From the human T2T-CHM13v2.0 reference genome, Homo sapiens, in NCBI RefSeq assembly GCF_009914755.1, contig NC_060933.1: a stretch of 64,000 bases of DNA; one strand, written 5' to 3'. A program made the position numbers and the translations under genes. Under the pieces are notes generated by a model. It made no database searches and had not been told where the DNA came from. It saw only the letters and a program-made list of their open reading frames with translations. Shown here piece after piece: positions 45,836-60,447 of the stretch (positions are counted from its first letter, which is position 1; each line of letters starts with the position of its first letter).

Positions 45836-45839
45836 AATG

Positions 45840-45857
45840 TGGTGCCCTGTGCGAGAA
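45840..45857 (+). promoter_or_regulatory. Primer-binding site, best recalled match elongator tRNA-Met
   Basis: tggtgccctgtgcgagaa versus TGGTGCCCCGTGTGAGGA (15/18), starting after a 4-nt spacer downstream of the LTR. Confidence 0.75.
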
Positions 45858-46973
45858 GCTGTGTTTCAAGTGGCCTTACTTGTCTGTCTGTTTTCCAATA
45901 AGTGGAGTAATTGGCTGACCCCACAGCTGGGAACTCCAGGGGACTCACAGCAGCTGCTGAGGATGCTTTTGCCTTGGAGATTTTCCCATTTGTTTCCCCC
46001 ACCTCTCCCATGGCATCAGGTGTCTGCAATGCTTTGTTGGTGTAAGGAAAGCAACATATGGGAAGGTGATGGGCTTCAAGAACTTTGTAAGTCAACCAAA
46101 GTGCACCCGGAAATCCTGACTCTATCACGTGGACTCTCTAGCCATCTGGACCTAGTATAGGTCATCTGTGGTGCTATCTGAACCTAGCACTGGTCATTCC
46201 ATAGTGCCTACTGGGTTTGAGATATGATTGAAGAACTTCTCTTCAGTCTCCTCTCTTTGGGGATTGGTTCACAATGGTCTGTCTGCAATAAGATCCCTCT
46301 GTCTGTTTATGTTTAATGTTTTCCCTGTCTCTGAGGGTGTTCAGCACAGTTTCCAATCTAGTCTATCTGTAGAGCAGGGTCCCACTAACTAAAAAGATCG
46401 GGTACATCTGGTTGTCAGAAGGCAGCAAGATAGAGCATTCCCCTTTCAGGAAATAGGCAAAATTTATTATCCTGGGCCACTCTCTCTGATAATAAATTCT
46501 AGGCTAATAAATATCAAAAATTTTGGATATTCACATTGAGACTTATGGGGAGAGGAAGGCTTGTGAACTTTTCTAGATGAGCCTGCCACCGTGCTGATTG
46601 AGTTCTGTGCTGCTAATGTGAAAATAATATCAATAGTACCTGGGTTCAGTCCTCACATAATCCTCACTCTAACCTGTTTGCTCTTTTGGTCTGCCTTGGT
46701 TGTTATCACTCTGTTTCTATTTGTTATGGTTGGTGGGTCAGGAGGACTTGGACTCGGTGCAAAGCTGAAGAGATAGAGAAAGCTATCCAGACTCTTACTA
46801 GCCACTGGCCCACATGAGGAACTCTTTCCTTGACATCGCTGGCTGTCATGGCTGTATGGAGAGACTTAAGTGAGCAAGCCTACTGGGACTGGGAGTGACA
46901 TTATCCCCAGCCCAAGAGAGCTCATCTTACCCCTGGACCTTTGATCATGTGACATGCTCTATATAGACATAAA

Positions 46974-47900
46974 ATTGGTGGCAGGGTTCCTATTCCACAT
47001 GACATCCCCCTGGGATATATCTTGGCTAATTGGAGAGCCTATAGCTATGAGCCCATGTCTAAAAAGAAATGATTTCTTATTGCAACACTGTTTAGCAACT
47101 GTACAAATTGGATGATAAAATTTGTCATGTGAATGGAATCACCCAATATTATAAACTATCACCGCTGGAATTGTTCTGTCAGAGGGTTTGGGAAATGGGC
47201 AAAAGTATCCTATGTTCAGGCTTTTATCTTACTGCCTAACTAGGACTCAGGTTAAGGGGAAAATCGGCTGCAGACTGAACAAAGCAATGAAGAACAAAGC
47301 AATGAAAAACAAAGCTTTCCTCAAACCTGATAGTAGAACCCAGGAAAAAAAAGACAATGAGGAAACAAGCCTCCTAAATGTTCTGAACCTGCCCCCTTTG
47401 GATCTGGCTTCAATGGCTGCCACTCTGGCTGCTTTCCCAGTTGCTGTTCCAGCTGCTACTCTAGCGGCTTCCCCAGGGGCTTCTCTGGCCATTGCTTCAG
47501 CCTCAAGGTTTGATGACATGGCTCTGGCCACTGCTCCACCAGTTCCTCTGGCAGTAGCTCTAGCAGCAGCGGCAGTGGCCCTGCTGGTTGTGGCTGCTGT
47601 TCCAGCTACTCTTACCATTGCCCCAGTAAGCCTTTCAATGTCTGCACCAACCGCTTGGCCCAAGATGCCTTGGCAGCACCATACAAGGACCTATTGCCAA
47701 ACACTGTGCCAGACCAAGCTACCTTGGTGCTGCAATACAAAGCTCTAGACCTAGAAGGGGTAGTGACAGCCCCACTCCAAGAAAATGAGGTAATTGAAAT
47801 GATATCCCCTTCCAAGAACAAACAGGGCACCCAATTTGGCCAGAATAGCACTAGAAATGGAATAGGGCAATATCCACTCAGGTAATGCCCTATAAGCAGA
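46974..47900 (+). pseudogene. gag: Decayed gammaretrovirus-like gag (matrix, Ala-rich p12-like region, start of capsid)
   Basis: Conceptual translation across frameshifts: GGRVPIPHDIPLGYILANW..KK/MISYCNTV*QLYKL..LELFCQR/GKWAKVSYVQAF, resembling HERV-W/HERV9-type MA (PLxCILxNW, FCxTAWxQY, LDLFC, GKWSEVPYVQ); YPLR near 47873. Confidence 0.8.
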
Positions 47901-48429
47901 TTGAACGCATATGGCTTTAAATATCCTGGGATCCAAGGTGGCACTGTGCATTAAGACTAAATGTTTTATATATTTATTTTTTATATATTTATATATTTAT
48001 ATATATCAGATTTTTCTCATGATATAATCCAAGCTATGCATGCATTGGAGACCCATGTTTCTTCTGTAGATACCCTCTCCCAGGAGCCTGTAACATTATG
48101 GTTTAGCCACTCTTAATGCATAGAAGACTTATATACAGCATGATTGCTATTCTGTTCATTGACCTCTTCAGCTGCTATGAACTTTATTGTTGTTGTATGC
48201 TTTGAATGGGGATGCAAGATAGATTTTCGCAGAAGTTCCTAGGTCCGCACACATTAATATTCCAGCAAGTTCCTATTATGAATTTGGGAACTGGGAATTA
48301 TTTTCTACTCCAAATGTACAGACTCCATTCTGGTGTCATCTAACTGTGCCCCTTTTCAGCAGGAATTAGCCAGATTGACTGTGTTGCGCACTCTCCATAG
48401 AAATTGAATGGAATTTGACAGTGGGGAGT

Positions 48430-49302
<873 letters not shown>

Positions 49303-49420
49303 ACATATTTAAATCCATCAATGGGCATAGATCAAGGGAAAATGTTGCAGAATGTTGAATATACAGGGAGCATGAATGACACCATGGCATATGATAGGAG
49401 ACATATTAAAAGACATGGAG

Positions 49421-49724
49421 GGCCAGGCGTGGTGGCTCATGCCTGTAATCCCAGCACTTTGGGAGGCTGAAGTGGGGGGATCACAAGGTCAGTAGATCGA
49501 GACCATCCTGGCCAACATGGCGAAACCCCATTTCTACTAAAATACAAAAATTAGCTGGGTGTGGTGATGTTTGCCTGTAGTCCCAGCTACTCGGGAGGCT
49601 GAGGCAGGGGAATCACTTCAACTTGGGAGACGGAGAGATTGCAGTGAGCTTAGATCACGCCACTGCCCTCCAGCCTGGCGACAGAGTGAGACTCCGTCTC
49701 AAAAAAAAAAAAAAAAAAAAAAAA
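49421..49724 (+). mobile_element. Alu (AluSc-like)
   Basis: gatcgagaccatcctggccaacatgg; TSD aaaagacatggag. Confidence 0.97.
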
Positions 49725-50400
49725 AGACATGGAGAAAAGCTGGGCTGTTAAACAGACTGTGTTAATTCAACCGTATTTTTTCTTACATACAGAATGAAGA
49801 AACAAAAACATATGTATTTTCAAGTGCTTGGTGGGGGGTGGGGAATGATGAAGGCTAAATTCTCACTTCCTGTATTAAGAAATAAAAAGATCTTGTATTG
49901 AAGTGACTAAAAGCAAGAAAATTTCTCAGGTAACATTTTTTTAAAACTGAAAATATTTGCCTTTAAATGTAAAAATCAGGGATAGGATGGAACGAAAGTG
50001 GGCCCTATATTTTATTATAATCTTACTTCAGTTTTCCAAATAATATGCATGGGTCACTTTCTTGAATATGAATATTAATTTTTAAAAAAACATTAGAGAC
50101 TTTTACTGTCGTTTGAAATTTCAAACTGACATCTCATTTCCTATAAACATTTAGAAAAAATTAATGTATGTTGTGATGTTTAAAACACTTGCAGCACTGA
50201 GCACATGATACACATTTCATATAACTATGCCTGATGAACCTGAACTTTTATCAGGGCATTTAAAATCTACCAAGTTCATCCAGAATTATAAATGTAAAAT
50301 CAGAGATAAATAATTGCTAAAACTTTTAAGGATAATGACTACGTATTGGGTCATATACATTAAGTCAAAATCATGTGTTACTATTAATTCAGAGACAATA

Positions 50401-50594
50401 GAGGGGTTGAGAAACCATAGTCTGTGGGCAATATCTATCCTCCTTGTTTTCATATGCTCTACAAGCTGAAAATGGCTCTTACATCTCTGAATGACTATAC
50501 AGGTGCTTAATGTTGTCAATCTTGCCTTTTGGCCCACAAAGGATAAAATATTTTCATTCTGACCCTTTAGAGAAAAATTTTGCCAACCTCCTGT
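50401..50594 (-). mobile_element. MER58A-like MITE
   Basis: ggcccacaaaggataaaatattt..tctgaccctttagagaaaaatttttgccaacctcctg. Confidence 0.65.
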
Positions 50595-51228
50595 CTATAG
50601 AATAATAAAGCACATGTAAATTTGGTCAATTTTGAGAAAAAAAACTCATCAAATTGCTTGTTTAGCTAAATTTCCAACTGTTTTCAATAGTGCAATTAAT
50701 TAAAAATAGCTGATCCAGGTGTTCCAAGTAAGCACAATCTGTAATTTGCCCCCCAATGCCTGAACTAAGAAACGCTGCTACTCAAACTATGTTAAAAAAT
50801 GGATAAGTTCCAGCTTTGGAATGTACTAGCAAATATATTTTAGACAGGGACTATACAGATTTATCCAGAAGCAAGGTAAACATCTGTTCTATCAGTTGAT
50901 ACAAAGTTTATATACTTGGCAGGTTCTGATGATCAACTCTGCTAATGCATATGTCATAGCTCTTGACTTCAGAGAGTTTATTAATTCATTTTTACTTGGG
51001 ACACATCAATAGTCCAGATAATCACTTTATAGACACTACACTTAGGGTGGCTGTATAACTGGTTAATGGATAATACCCAAAGAATTATCAGTATAAAAAT
51101 TCTGGCTTACAGAATGTAGTACACATTCAGCTTCATTTCTATTGTAAAAATTTGTGGAAGTAGAATTTGTATAAAATATTATTTGATACATCCAAAAATT
51201 AAACCAAAGGTGAAGAATATGATGTAGA

Positions 51229-51410
51229 ACCGCATTGTTCAATAGGCAGCTACTAGCCAAGTACAGCTGTTTAAACTTAAACTCATTTTCTCAGTTGCAA
51301 CAACTACATTTCAAGTATCAATAGCCACAGAAGTCTAGTGGCTACCATTTTGGACAGCAAAGACTTAGAACATTTTCATCATTACCCACATTTCTGTTAG
51401 ATGGAGCAGA
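51229..51410. mobile_element. MER3/MER33-like hAT MITE
   Basis: cacatttcaagt-like core, aatagccac..ctagtggctaccattttggacagca. Confidence 0.75.
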
Positions 51411-52331
51411 TACAAAAGATAAAATGAAATTCAGACCAAACTCAATCATGTCTGGAAATGGTGAATAAAACCTCAATAGAATAGATACTTGCTTAGTCTG
51501 ACTGGTAATATACATCTGACTCTGGATGTGAGGTAGTGAGTTTTAAATGTATTTAATTTGAGTATTTGTGGTATATATCCTAGTGGAGATGTCCAATAAA
51601 CAAGTGAAAATATAGTCTGAAACTCAAATGTCTTTTTTTTCAAATAGAGAAAAAAAATTGGTGGTTATTAACTTATGGGTTTTAGCTGAATCTGTGATAA
51701 AGTTAATGGATATACCTTTGAGAGACACTGTCTCACTCATAATAGTTGCTAACAATAGAAACCATTGTAGCTAATACATGTAGTTGAAAGCATATTTATG
51801 ACTGCTAGAGATTCAGGCTTAGAGGCTATGCAGCCAAAAGTCTCCCAACTATATCATAGAAATGCACCAGCAAAGACTCAGACATGCAACAGGCATCATT
51901 GGTGCTTGTCCCCACCCATGACCCTCACTGTGTTGTGCCTGTAGACTGCATACCTCCACCTTCATCCTCACCCACTTTTGTTCCTCCTTTCCCAAGTAAA
52001 GTCTCAGATAGGTGCACTTGATTGGCAGAACATAATTTCCATGCCTACACTCTATTAGCTATAAAAAAGCCAAAAGAGTAAGTTATCCAACTTCTCCCTT
52101 AGGGTTGCACAACTCAAATTTATAAGATGTCCTAAAACATAGACATCATTTCCAAAAACTGCTAGAAATGTTGACAAAAATTCATGATAATATGGATGTC
52201 TGCATGCATATGCTTGATAAAGGAAGAATAAAAAACTAAGATATCAAAAATATTCACCATGAACAATACTGTGAAAGCCAGAAAACATCTGTATGAATGA
52301 TGATGACATTGACCACTTGGGATGCAGCATT

Positions 52332-53370
52332 CTTTCTTTTTTTTAAGTTCTGGTATACATGTGCAGAACATGCAGGTTTGCTGCATGGGTATATATGTAC
52401 CATGCGGTTTGCTCCACCTATCAACCTGTCATGCAGGTTTTTAGCCCCACATGCATTAGGTATTTGTCCTAATGCTCTCCCTGCCCTTGCCCCCCGCACC
52501 CCAACAGGCCCCAATTGTGTAATGTTCCCCTCCCTGTGTCCGTGTGTTCTCATTGTTCAACTCCCACTTATGAGTGAGAACACGCAGTGTTTGGTTTTCT
52601 GTTCCTGTGTTAGTTTGCTGAGAATGATGGCTTCTGGCTTCATCTGTGTCCTTGCAAAGAACATGAACTCATTCTTTTTTATGGCTGCATAGTATTCCAT
52701 GGTGTATATGTGCCACATTTTCTTTATCCAGTCTATCATTGATGGGCATTCAGGTTGGTTCCAAGACTTTGCTATTGTAAATTGTGCTACAATAAACATA
52801 CATGTGCATGTGTCTTTATAGTAGAATGATTTATAATCCTTTGAGTATATACCCAGTAATGGGATTGCTGGGTCAAATGGTATTTCTGGTTCTAGATCCT
52901 TAAGGAATCACTACATTGTCTTCCACAGTGGTTGAACTAATTTATACTCCCACCAGCAGAGCAAAAGTGTTCCTGTGAAACCCCGTCTCTACTAAAAAAA
53001 AAACCAAAAAAAAAAAAAAAAATTAGCCATGTGTTGTGGCAGGTGCCTGTAGCCCCAGCTACTCAGGAGAGGTTGAGGCAGGAGAATGGCCTGAACCCGG
53101 GAGGCGGAGCTTTCAGTGAGCGGAGATTGCGCCACTGCACTCCAGACTGGGCAACAGAGCAATACTCCGTCTCAAAAAAAAAAAAAAAAAAAAAGTGTTC
53201 CTATTTCTCCACATCCTCTCCAGCATCTGTTGTTTCCTGACTTTTTAACGATCACCATTCTAACTGGCGTGAGATGGTATCTCATTGTGGTTTTGATTTT
53301 CATTTCTCTAATGACCAGTGATGATGAGCTTTTTTTTTCCCATGTTTGTTGGCTCCATAAATGTCTTCTT
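52332..53370 (-). mobile_element. L1PA8-like 3' end interrupted by an AluY
   Basis: tttagccccacatgcattaggtatttgtcctaatgctctccc 3'UTR; ORF2 C-terminus. Confidence 0.93.
52975..53194 (+). mobile_element. AluY-like, 5'-truncated, with an expanded central A tract
   Basis: agaatggcctgaacccgggaggcggagct; TSD aaaagtgttcct at 52963-52974 and 53191-53202. Confidence 0.93.
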
Positions 53371-53888
53371 AATCATGTAGTTGTTTTCATTTTTATTTCT
53401 CATACACTTATAATTATGTTATTTTTATTTATCTTATTTTCTTGGTCTAATGTCTTGACTTCATTTACAGTTTTGGTTTAATTCCTAGCATTATCATTCA
53501 ACCACAGATTGAATGAATAGCCTGTCAACTAATCAATGAACAGTTATTTACTGCCCATCATGTGTCAGGCATTTTGTTTCGTTCTATAAATATAAATAGT
53601 GAGCACGGTAGTCATGGGCCCTGTCTTCACAAAGCTTAAATCTCTAAAAGTAAAAATTAAACTCCACACTTAAAATTATACTGACAGTTAATAAATCAAT
53701 GCATCTACAAGGTTAGCACAGAGGTGAGTGGCTGATTTATTTACTCACTGATGAATTTATTTAACCCATTTCAACTATTCATTCCTTATGGTCGTGATCT
53801 TATCTTGGCAATTTCTTCTGAACTAGGCTTTTGAAGTTCCTGGAGTTGTTTCTGAATCCCAGATTGGTCCAATTCCTGTGGATAAATA

Positions 53889-54204
53889 CATTTGGTCCCT
53901 TATATCTACATGTTCTGTATCTGCAGATTTAACCAACCCTGGATCAAAAATATTCAATAAACAACTTTTTAAAATATATAGTATAACAACTATTTATGAG
54001 GTATTTACATTGCATTAGGTATTCTAGATATTTTACTTATCCTAGATGCATAAGTAATTTAGTGATTATTTAAAGTATATAAGAGGATGTGTATAGGTTG
54101 TATACAAATACTACTCTATTTTATATCAGGAACTTCAGTATCAGCGGATTTTGGTCCACAAGAGGTCCAGGAACCATTTCCCTGAGGATATCAAGGGACA
54201 GTTG
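53889..54204. mobile_element. MER2 (Tigger-type MITE)
   Basis: ggtcccttatatc ... ggatatcaagggac terminal inverted repeats; tataacaactattta..atttaaagtata core. Confidence 0.85.
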
Positions 54205-54421
54205 CATTTCTGGCAAGCTACATGTCTAACATTCTGTTTTTGGTGTTCCCGTGATGTTCAGTCAACTGTTATCTCCTCCCCTCTGGTGCTTTTGCTCTTT
54301 ATCCCTTAATGAACTTCTTTGAAGGACTAGTATGTCTTCCTCTTGCCAAACAATAAAATATTTAGAATTATTTTCATCTTCTGATGGCCTAAATGCTCCC
54401 AGTTTTTTTTCTGTTGAGTCC

Positions 54422-54620
54422 TGTGGGGGCCATAGGCTATTGGCACCCTAAGAGTTTACTGAAAATTTACTGACATAAGGCAGGTTGATTGACAGAAGAA
54501 AAGGCATACAAATTTATGTAATATGTATACACGTGAGCCTTCAGAAGGAAGATCCAACTTTCTAATGAGTAACAGAAGCTTATATACCACCTTGAGGTTA
54601 CAGAAAGAAGGAGGGCTTGT
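54422..54620 (-). mobile_element. MER4-group (LOR1/MER34/MER39-like) LTR fragment
   Basis: gaaaaggcatacaaattta..gagccttcagaa..cagaagcttatataccaccttgaggttacagaaagaa. Confidence 0.7.
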
Positions 54621-54680
54621 GATGATATAATTTTAGAAAACCCTAATGACTCCTCCAAATGATTCCTAGATCTGATAAAT

Positions 54681-55890
54681 ATACTGTATTTGGAGATAGG
54701 GCCCTTAAAGGGGTGATTAAATTAAAATGAAGCAAGTAGAGTGGGCACTAATTTAATATTATGGCCTGAGGGCTTAGGTGGGGCTCTAGATACTGATGAG
54801 ACCCCAGCACCAGCTGCTGTTCCAAGTTCTTAACACCATTGCAAGAAAGAACTGAGGGACAAGTCAGAATAAAGCAAATGGCAAGAAACTTTTATTGCAA
54901 AGCCAAAGTACACACTCAAGAGCAGGAGCGTGGGCATACTCAGGAGAGTGAGCTGCAAATAGAGTTTGGTTTTCTAGTTTTATGGGCTCTTTTAATTAGG
55001 AGGTAGAATAATCATGAGGTTTTCTAGGATAAAAGGTAGAGCTTTCTTAAAATTGAGGTGCCACCCATTTTTATATTAAATATGGACATGCTCAGATCTG
55101 TCATGGCACTGGTTGGTGTGTGATTTAGTATGAAAATGAGCATATAATTAGGTCTGGGGCAGGGAATGAGTCCAATCCAACACTATGTTGGACCTAGATG
55201 GTTTTAAACCAGCTTAGCCCAGATCCTGTTGGTTAGGGTCTTATCAGCCCAGGCTTATCCTTGTTTTTATAGCTAATTTTAACAGCTCCTTTCTTGCTAT
55301 GTGAAATGGCTGTTTGATATTTTCCCACTTCTCCTGTGACCATTCAGTATTCCTATTTTTTGGATATTTCTTTAATTATGGAGTGGAATAATCACTAGGT
55401 ATTCCAGAAAAGGAGGAGATTTTAGAGACCCCAAGTTACTGATCCCTTTCTCTCTTACTTGAGTTTGCCTGGAAGAGACAGAGACATGTCACTGTGACCA
55501 GGGGTTGGGCCATCTTATCTGTCTTATTTTGGATTTTCTCATCTTGTAGTTTCTTTGCTTAGTTTTTGTTTTAGCTGTTTAGGTTTTTCTACCCGCCTGC
55601 AACCAACCACCCAGTACTACTCTTGTCTCAATGTGACTGGCTGTATAAAAAGAGGACATTTGAACCCATAGAGCCTCCAGTATATATACTAATAGAAAAA
55701 AAACCAAGAGAAGACACAGCAAACAGGCAGCTATCAGCAAGCCAAGGAGCGAGGCTTCAGAAGAAACCAAACTTTCTGATACTTTGATTTTGAACTTCTC
55801 ACCTCCCTAAGTGTGAGAAAATAAATTTCTCTTATTTAAGTCACACATTCTCTAGTATTTGGTTATGGCTGTTCAAGTGAGATAAAGCAC
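54681..55890 (+). mobile_element. MLT1A-like LTR split by an ERV1 LTR (pieces 54681-54759 and 55631-55890)
   Basis: tgtatttggagatagggcc..; gcaagccaaggag..cagaagaaaccaa..gtgagaaaataaatttc. Confidence 0.85.
54760..55630 (-). mobile_element. ERV1 solo LTR (MER4-group; MER49/LTR39-like, subfamily uncertain)
   Basis: Minus strand begins tgagacaagag; tttattgc poly-A signal at ~54891; 4-bp TSD atat/atgt inside MLT1A. Confidence 0.8.
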
Positions 55891-57984
55891 TTGGTAAATG
55901 AAGCTGATAGTATCTGTGTTTCGTCCATGGTCAACCAACTCAGGGAGAAGTGGGGAACATGACTCAAACATAGATCTGTTTAATCTACGTAAATGCTCTT
56001 TCCTGTTTCACCATGTTGGCTCACAAAAACAGCAGCAGTAATATCTTCAGGGTATTATGAGGAACACTTTGTTGATGATGGAAGTTTTTATATATTCTCA
56101 AAGGAGAGCATAACATTTTCTCTATGGAATTTTGTAAGTCAAGGTTGAGTAAGGGTGGAGGAATTGACAAAATGGCCCATGTTTCAGGGCTCATTCATCT
56201 ATGGTTCAATGTTTTCTTCTAATATCTACTGGACACATAGACTTTTTTCTTTCTTTAATTTTCCAACTGAGGGGATTATTTGTCAGTGAATTAAGGCAGG
56301 AACTGATTTTTAAATATTAGTTTTTCTCTTTATTTCATTAGAAGGCAGAGAGCAGAACCAATATCATTTCTGGGATCTGTGCCACATGTTTCACCTCCAA
56401 GTTTTCAGACACCATAAGCAGATAGTCAATCCACAATGTAAGCTGGAAACTGATTACCAATAAGCAATTTTTTATTGTCACTCATCTAACCTTTACTATG
56501 TAAGAAAAACTCAACTCTGATTTCACTTATTTTTAATGTTTCTTGGGCTTGTAGAAAAGTCCTTGAGCCTTGTCTATTTATGTGGGAGTCAGCATTTTCA
56601 GAAACATGATTCACATAGGGTAGAATCACTTTCAAGGAGTGTGACATTGTGAGTCCACAGTCTCATAATGCTAAGGTGAAGAAAAAGAGGAAAAAAAGAT
56701 GTCATATCTATAATGAATTTCAAAAGGCAAATTATAAATAACTCAGAACTTTCACCAAGTTATTACATAAGCTTACATTTGCAGTTTGAATTCATAATCA
56801 AAATAATGAAGGTGAAACCTTCTATTAGAAAATGATACATTCTTTAGATTGAGACACTGAACTGTAACCAACTACGAAAACAGAATGTCCTAATGAAGCT
56901 AAAGTTGTAAGATTAATTGCTCCCTTATATTCACTGTTAATGAAGAATAACAATTGACTTGACAAGCTAATTATTATAATATCCTAGGCCTACAGTATGT
57001 AATAAGAGTTATAATGTACCAGTCAATCAAAATCATTCACTTCTGTTATTGGGCTTGAAATCCTCAACTTTGTTTGTCTTGTTAACTAAATGACATATGA
57101 AAGTTACTAAAGGTGTTATTCTTAAGAAAATAGAAGCATGAAATATTCTGCACATGGTTCTATTGCAATTGACGTTGTAAAATGGTTTTGGGTACATTGA
57201 ACATGCATTCTTTCCAACTTTATAATTATATTAGCATGAGGCATATTGAAATGGAAATTTTGATAAGATACAATAAATCTTAGTGCATTCTTAATGTTAG
57301 ATGGTATGGGCTTTTATATAGACTCAAGGGAGATTAGATAAAATTTAAAATATAAACCTCTAATAAAATGTATGTTGGAGGATATTATGATATGTAGAAA
57401 TCATTGCCGATGTTGCTGCATGCTTTTCATATAAATTTTTAGCAGCTCTCTGCTTTCACTTTAAAAAGTAGACAAGGTATATTTTCTAAGGAATTTATTT
57501 TTTTAAGAGCTTATATTTATAATTTATAACCTAAATGTGTACAAGTCTTCTTTCCATTGCAATTCCACTTTTCTGATGTATTTGCCCAGTCATGTTTCTA
57601 CAACACCTTCGCATTTATTTTTCAAAGCTCCTGCCATAAAAACACAGAGAGGAAACTACAATAGAAAGAAGGAATATGAAGGAGTCAGTCCAGGAGTCCA
57701 GCATCTAAGAAGATGGAAATGTAAAAGCTTGTTTAGTAATACAGTGTGAATAAGAATTCAAGAAAGATTTTCTAGATGTCAACAAGGTATTACTGAATAG
57801 AAAAGTGCTGATGTATTCCCAAGAGATATCTTCACATCATATCTGATGGGAAGAAGTAGAAATTTTGTATAGCTTCTCAATTAAAATACTATCAATTTTA
57901 AGTTACCACTACCAATTTTACTAAGCACTTTCTAATCAATTGAAAATGTTACTTTATTATTATTAAAAAGCCTTTTATTTTTGC

Positions 57985-59100
57985 ATCCTTCTTTTATTTT
58001 CAAGGTTTATTTTAGATACCAGGGTATACGTGCTTGCAGGTTAGTTACAAAGGTAATATTGTGTGATGCTAAGTTTTGGAGTATAATTAAACCTGTCACC
58101 CAGGGAGTAAGCACCATAACTAATAGGTAGTTTTTCAATGTGTGGTCCCCCTTCTCCCTTGCCTGTCCAGTGTCTACTGCTCCCAACTTTATATCCACGA
58201 GCATTCAATGTTTAGCTCCTACTTTTTTTTTGAGACAGGGTCTTGCTCTGTTGCCCATACTGGAGTACAGTGATGCAATCGTAGCTCACTGCAGCCTTGA
58301 CTTCCCAGGCTGAAGCGATCCTCCCACCTCAGCCTCCTGAGTAGCTGGGACTACAGGCAGGTGCCACCACGCCTTGCTAATTTTTTATATATATTTTTAG
58401 AGACAGGGTTTCACCATGTTGCCCAGGCTGGTCTTGAACTCCTGAGCTCAAGAGATCCGCCTACTTAGGCCTCCCAAAGTGCTAGGATTACAGGTGTGAG
58501 CCACCATGCTCAGCCTAGCTCCCACTAAGTACTTACACAAAAAATTTGGTTTTCTGTTTGTGCTTTAGTTTGATCAGGATAATGGTTTCCAGCTGCATCC
58601 ATGTTGCTGCAAAGGACATGATTTTGTTCTTTGTCATGGCTGCATAGTATTCTGCAGTGTATACATATCACATTTTCTTTATCCAATCCACCACTGATGG
58701 GCAAACTGGGTTGATTCCCTGTCTTTGCTATTGTGAATAGTGCTGTAATGAACATATGGGTGCATGTTTCTTCTGGTAGAACAATTTTTCTTTAGTTATA
58801 TACCCAGTAATGTGATTGCTGGATTAAATGCTAGTTCAAATCTTACTTCTTTGAGAAATCTCCAAACTACTCTCCACAGTGGCTGAGCTAATTTATATTC
58901 CCACCAACAGCCTATAAGTGTTTCCTTTTTTCCACATCCCCAGCAACACGTTATTCTTTGACTTTTTAAAAAAAGTCATTCTGACTGTTGTGAGATGGTA
59001 TCTCATTGAGTTGCATTTCTCTCATAATTAGTGGTCTTGAGCATTTTTTTAAATATATTTGTTGGCTGCTTGTATGTTTTTCTTTGAGAAGTGTCTGTTT
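57985..59100 (-). mobile_element. L1 3' end (L1PA15-17-like) interrupted by an AluJ
   Basis: 3'UTR and ORF2 C-terminus (MFITALFTIAK in ORF 58525-58755). Confidence 0.9.
58223..58515 (-). mobile_element. AluJ
   Basis: gagacagggtcttgc..cactgcagccttgac; TSD tagctcc(t/c)act. Confidence 0.95.
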
Positions 59101-60447
59101 TTGTACATATTTTGGCAAATATATTTGTTGTATACCACTCTTGAACATATATAAAAAGGAAATGTAAGAAAAATTAAGTAGTCAAATGATTCCTAAACTT
59201 TCTTCCTAATTCAAGTTTTCTGAAACATAGTTTGACTTGAAGTAAGAAATTTCTATAATTGCTGCACATTATTGTTCTCTAGGACATAAAGATAGTTGGT
59301 AATGCAGCATTCTTAAAACAATGCTTACTATTGTGTTTGTGTTTACATTGCTGTCTTTTTTTTTTTTTTTTTGGTATATTGGTGCTGTTTCTTTCTTCTC
59401 ACTAAGAGATGTCAACAGAAGGTAATCAGACAACAAACAAAGCTCCTATAGGTTTCTGAGTTGTGTGTGTGGGCGTGTGTGTGTGTGTTTTACTGAAATA
59501 TGGAAGAATTCTATTTTTCTGCTCAGATAACCAGGAACAATAACCAAGTTTGTGCACATACAAGGAATAAGTACATCATGTCCATGACCAGACCAAGAGT
59601 AACTATAACATGTAATCACATAGTAAGATGTAGGCCAATTTTAGATATATTAAAATAAGAAAAGCAATGTCATTTAAACTTGAAAAAATATAAATTCCAC
59701 CAGGCTTATTCCATATGAGTTTAATACTTCTAAAAACATATCCTTATTCTATAAACAACTAAATAATATAATTATTTAATTTTACTTACTACTGAAATTT
59801 CTGCTCAAAATAAGCGATGAGAAAAGATGGGCTCTTTCCTTGAGTACCACATAAAATGTCATTTCCTACAGCTTGTGGAGTTGCAGTCATTCTTCTATAT
59901 ACAAAGGAAATGATTACTCTTTTTCAAAATAGGGCTCTTTTAATTGGATCTCAAAATTTAATATAGTATCTGAAATTGATCCAATCATATTGTTTATACA
60001 TACAAATAAAGCAATCTTAAAATATGAACAAGGATAATGCATTAGTTTGATTCTGATCATGTTCCACTAACTTCGTCTCACTAAGCTGCTGTTAAATGTA
60101 CACTAGCTATGAATAAATAAGAAAACATCCCAGGCCAAATCTTGGATATTATTCTTTTCAACTTTTCTCCATTTTTGGCTTTTTGGTATACCTTAAAGGG
60201 AGCAACAATCATTTTCCAATACAAATCTTATTCCAAAGTCTTTGCTCCACTAAACAAAGATAATTGCTTTGGTCCTGCTCTTGATTCAGATTTTTTTGCT
60301 GATCTCAAGACTACATTAAGTCTATTTTCCATGTGCTCTCTTATGATACTTCATCCTTTACCCATCCATGGGCTGTATTTTTTTGTACGTAGCTGGTTAC
60401 TCTATTTTCTCTACCGAGTTAGTCAACTGAGTCCCTTCCACTCAGTG

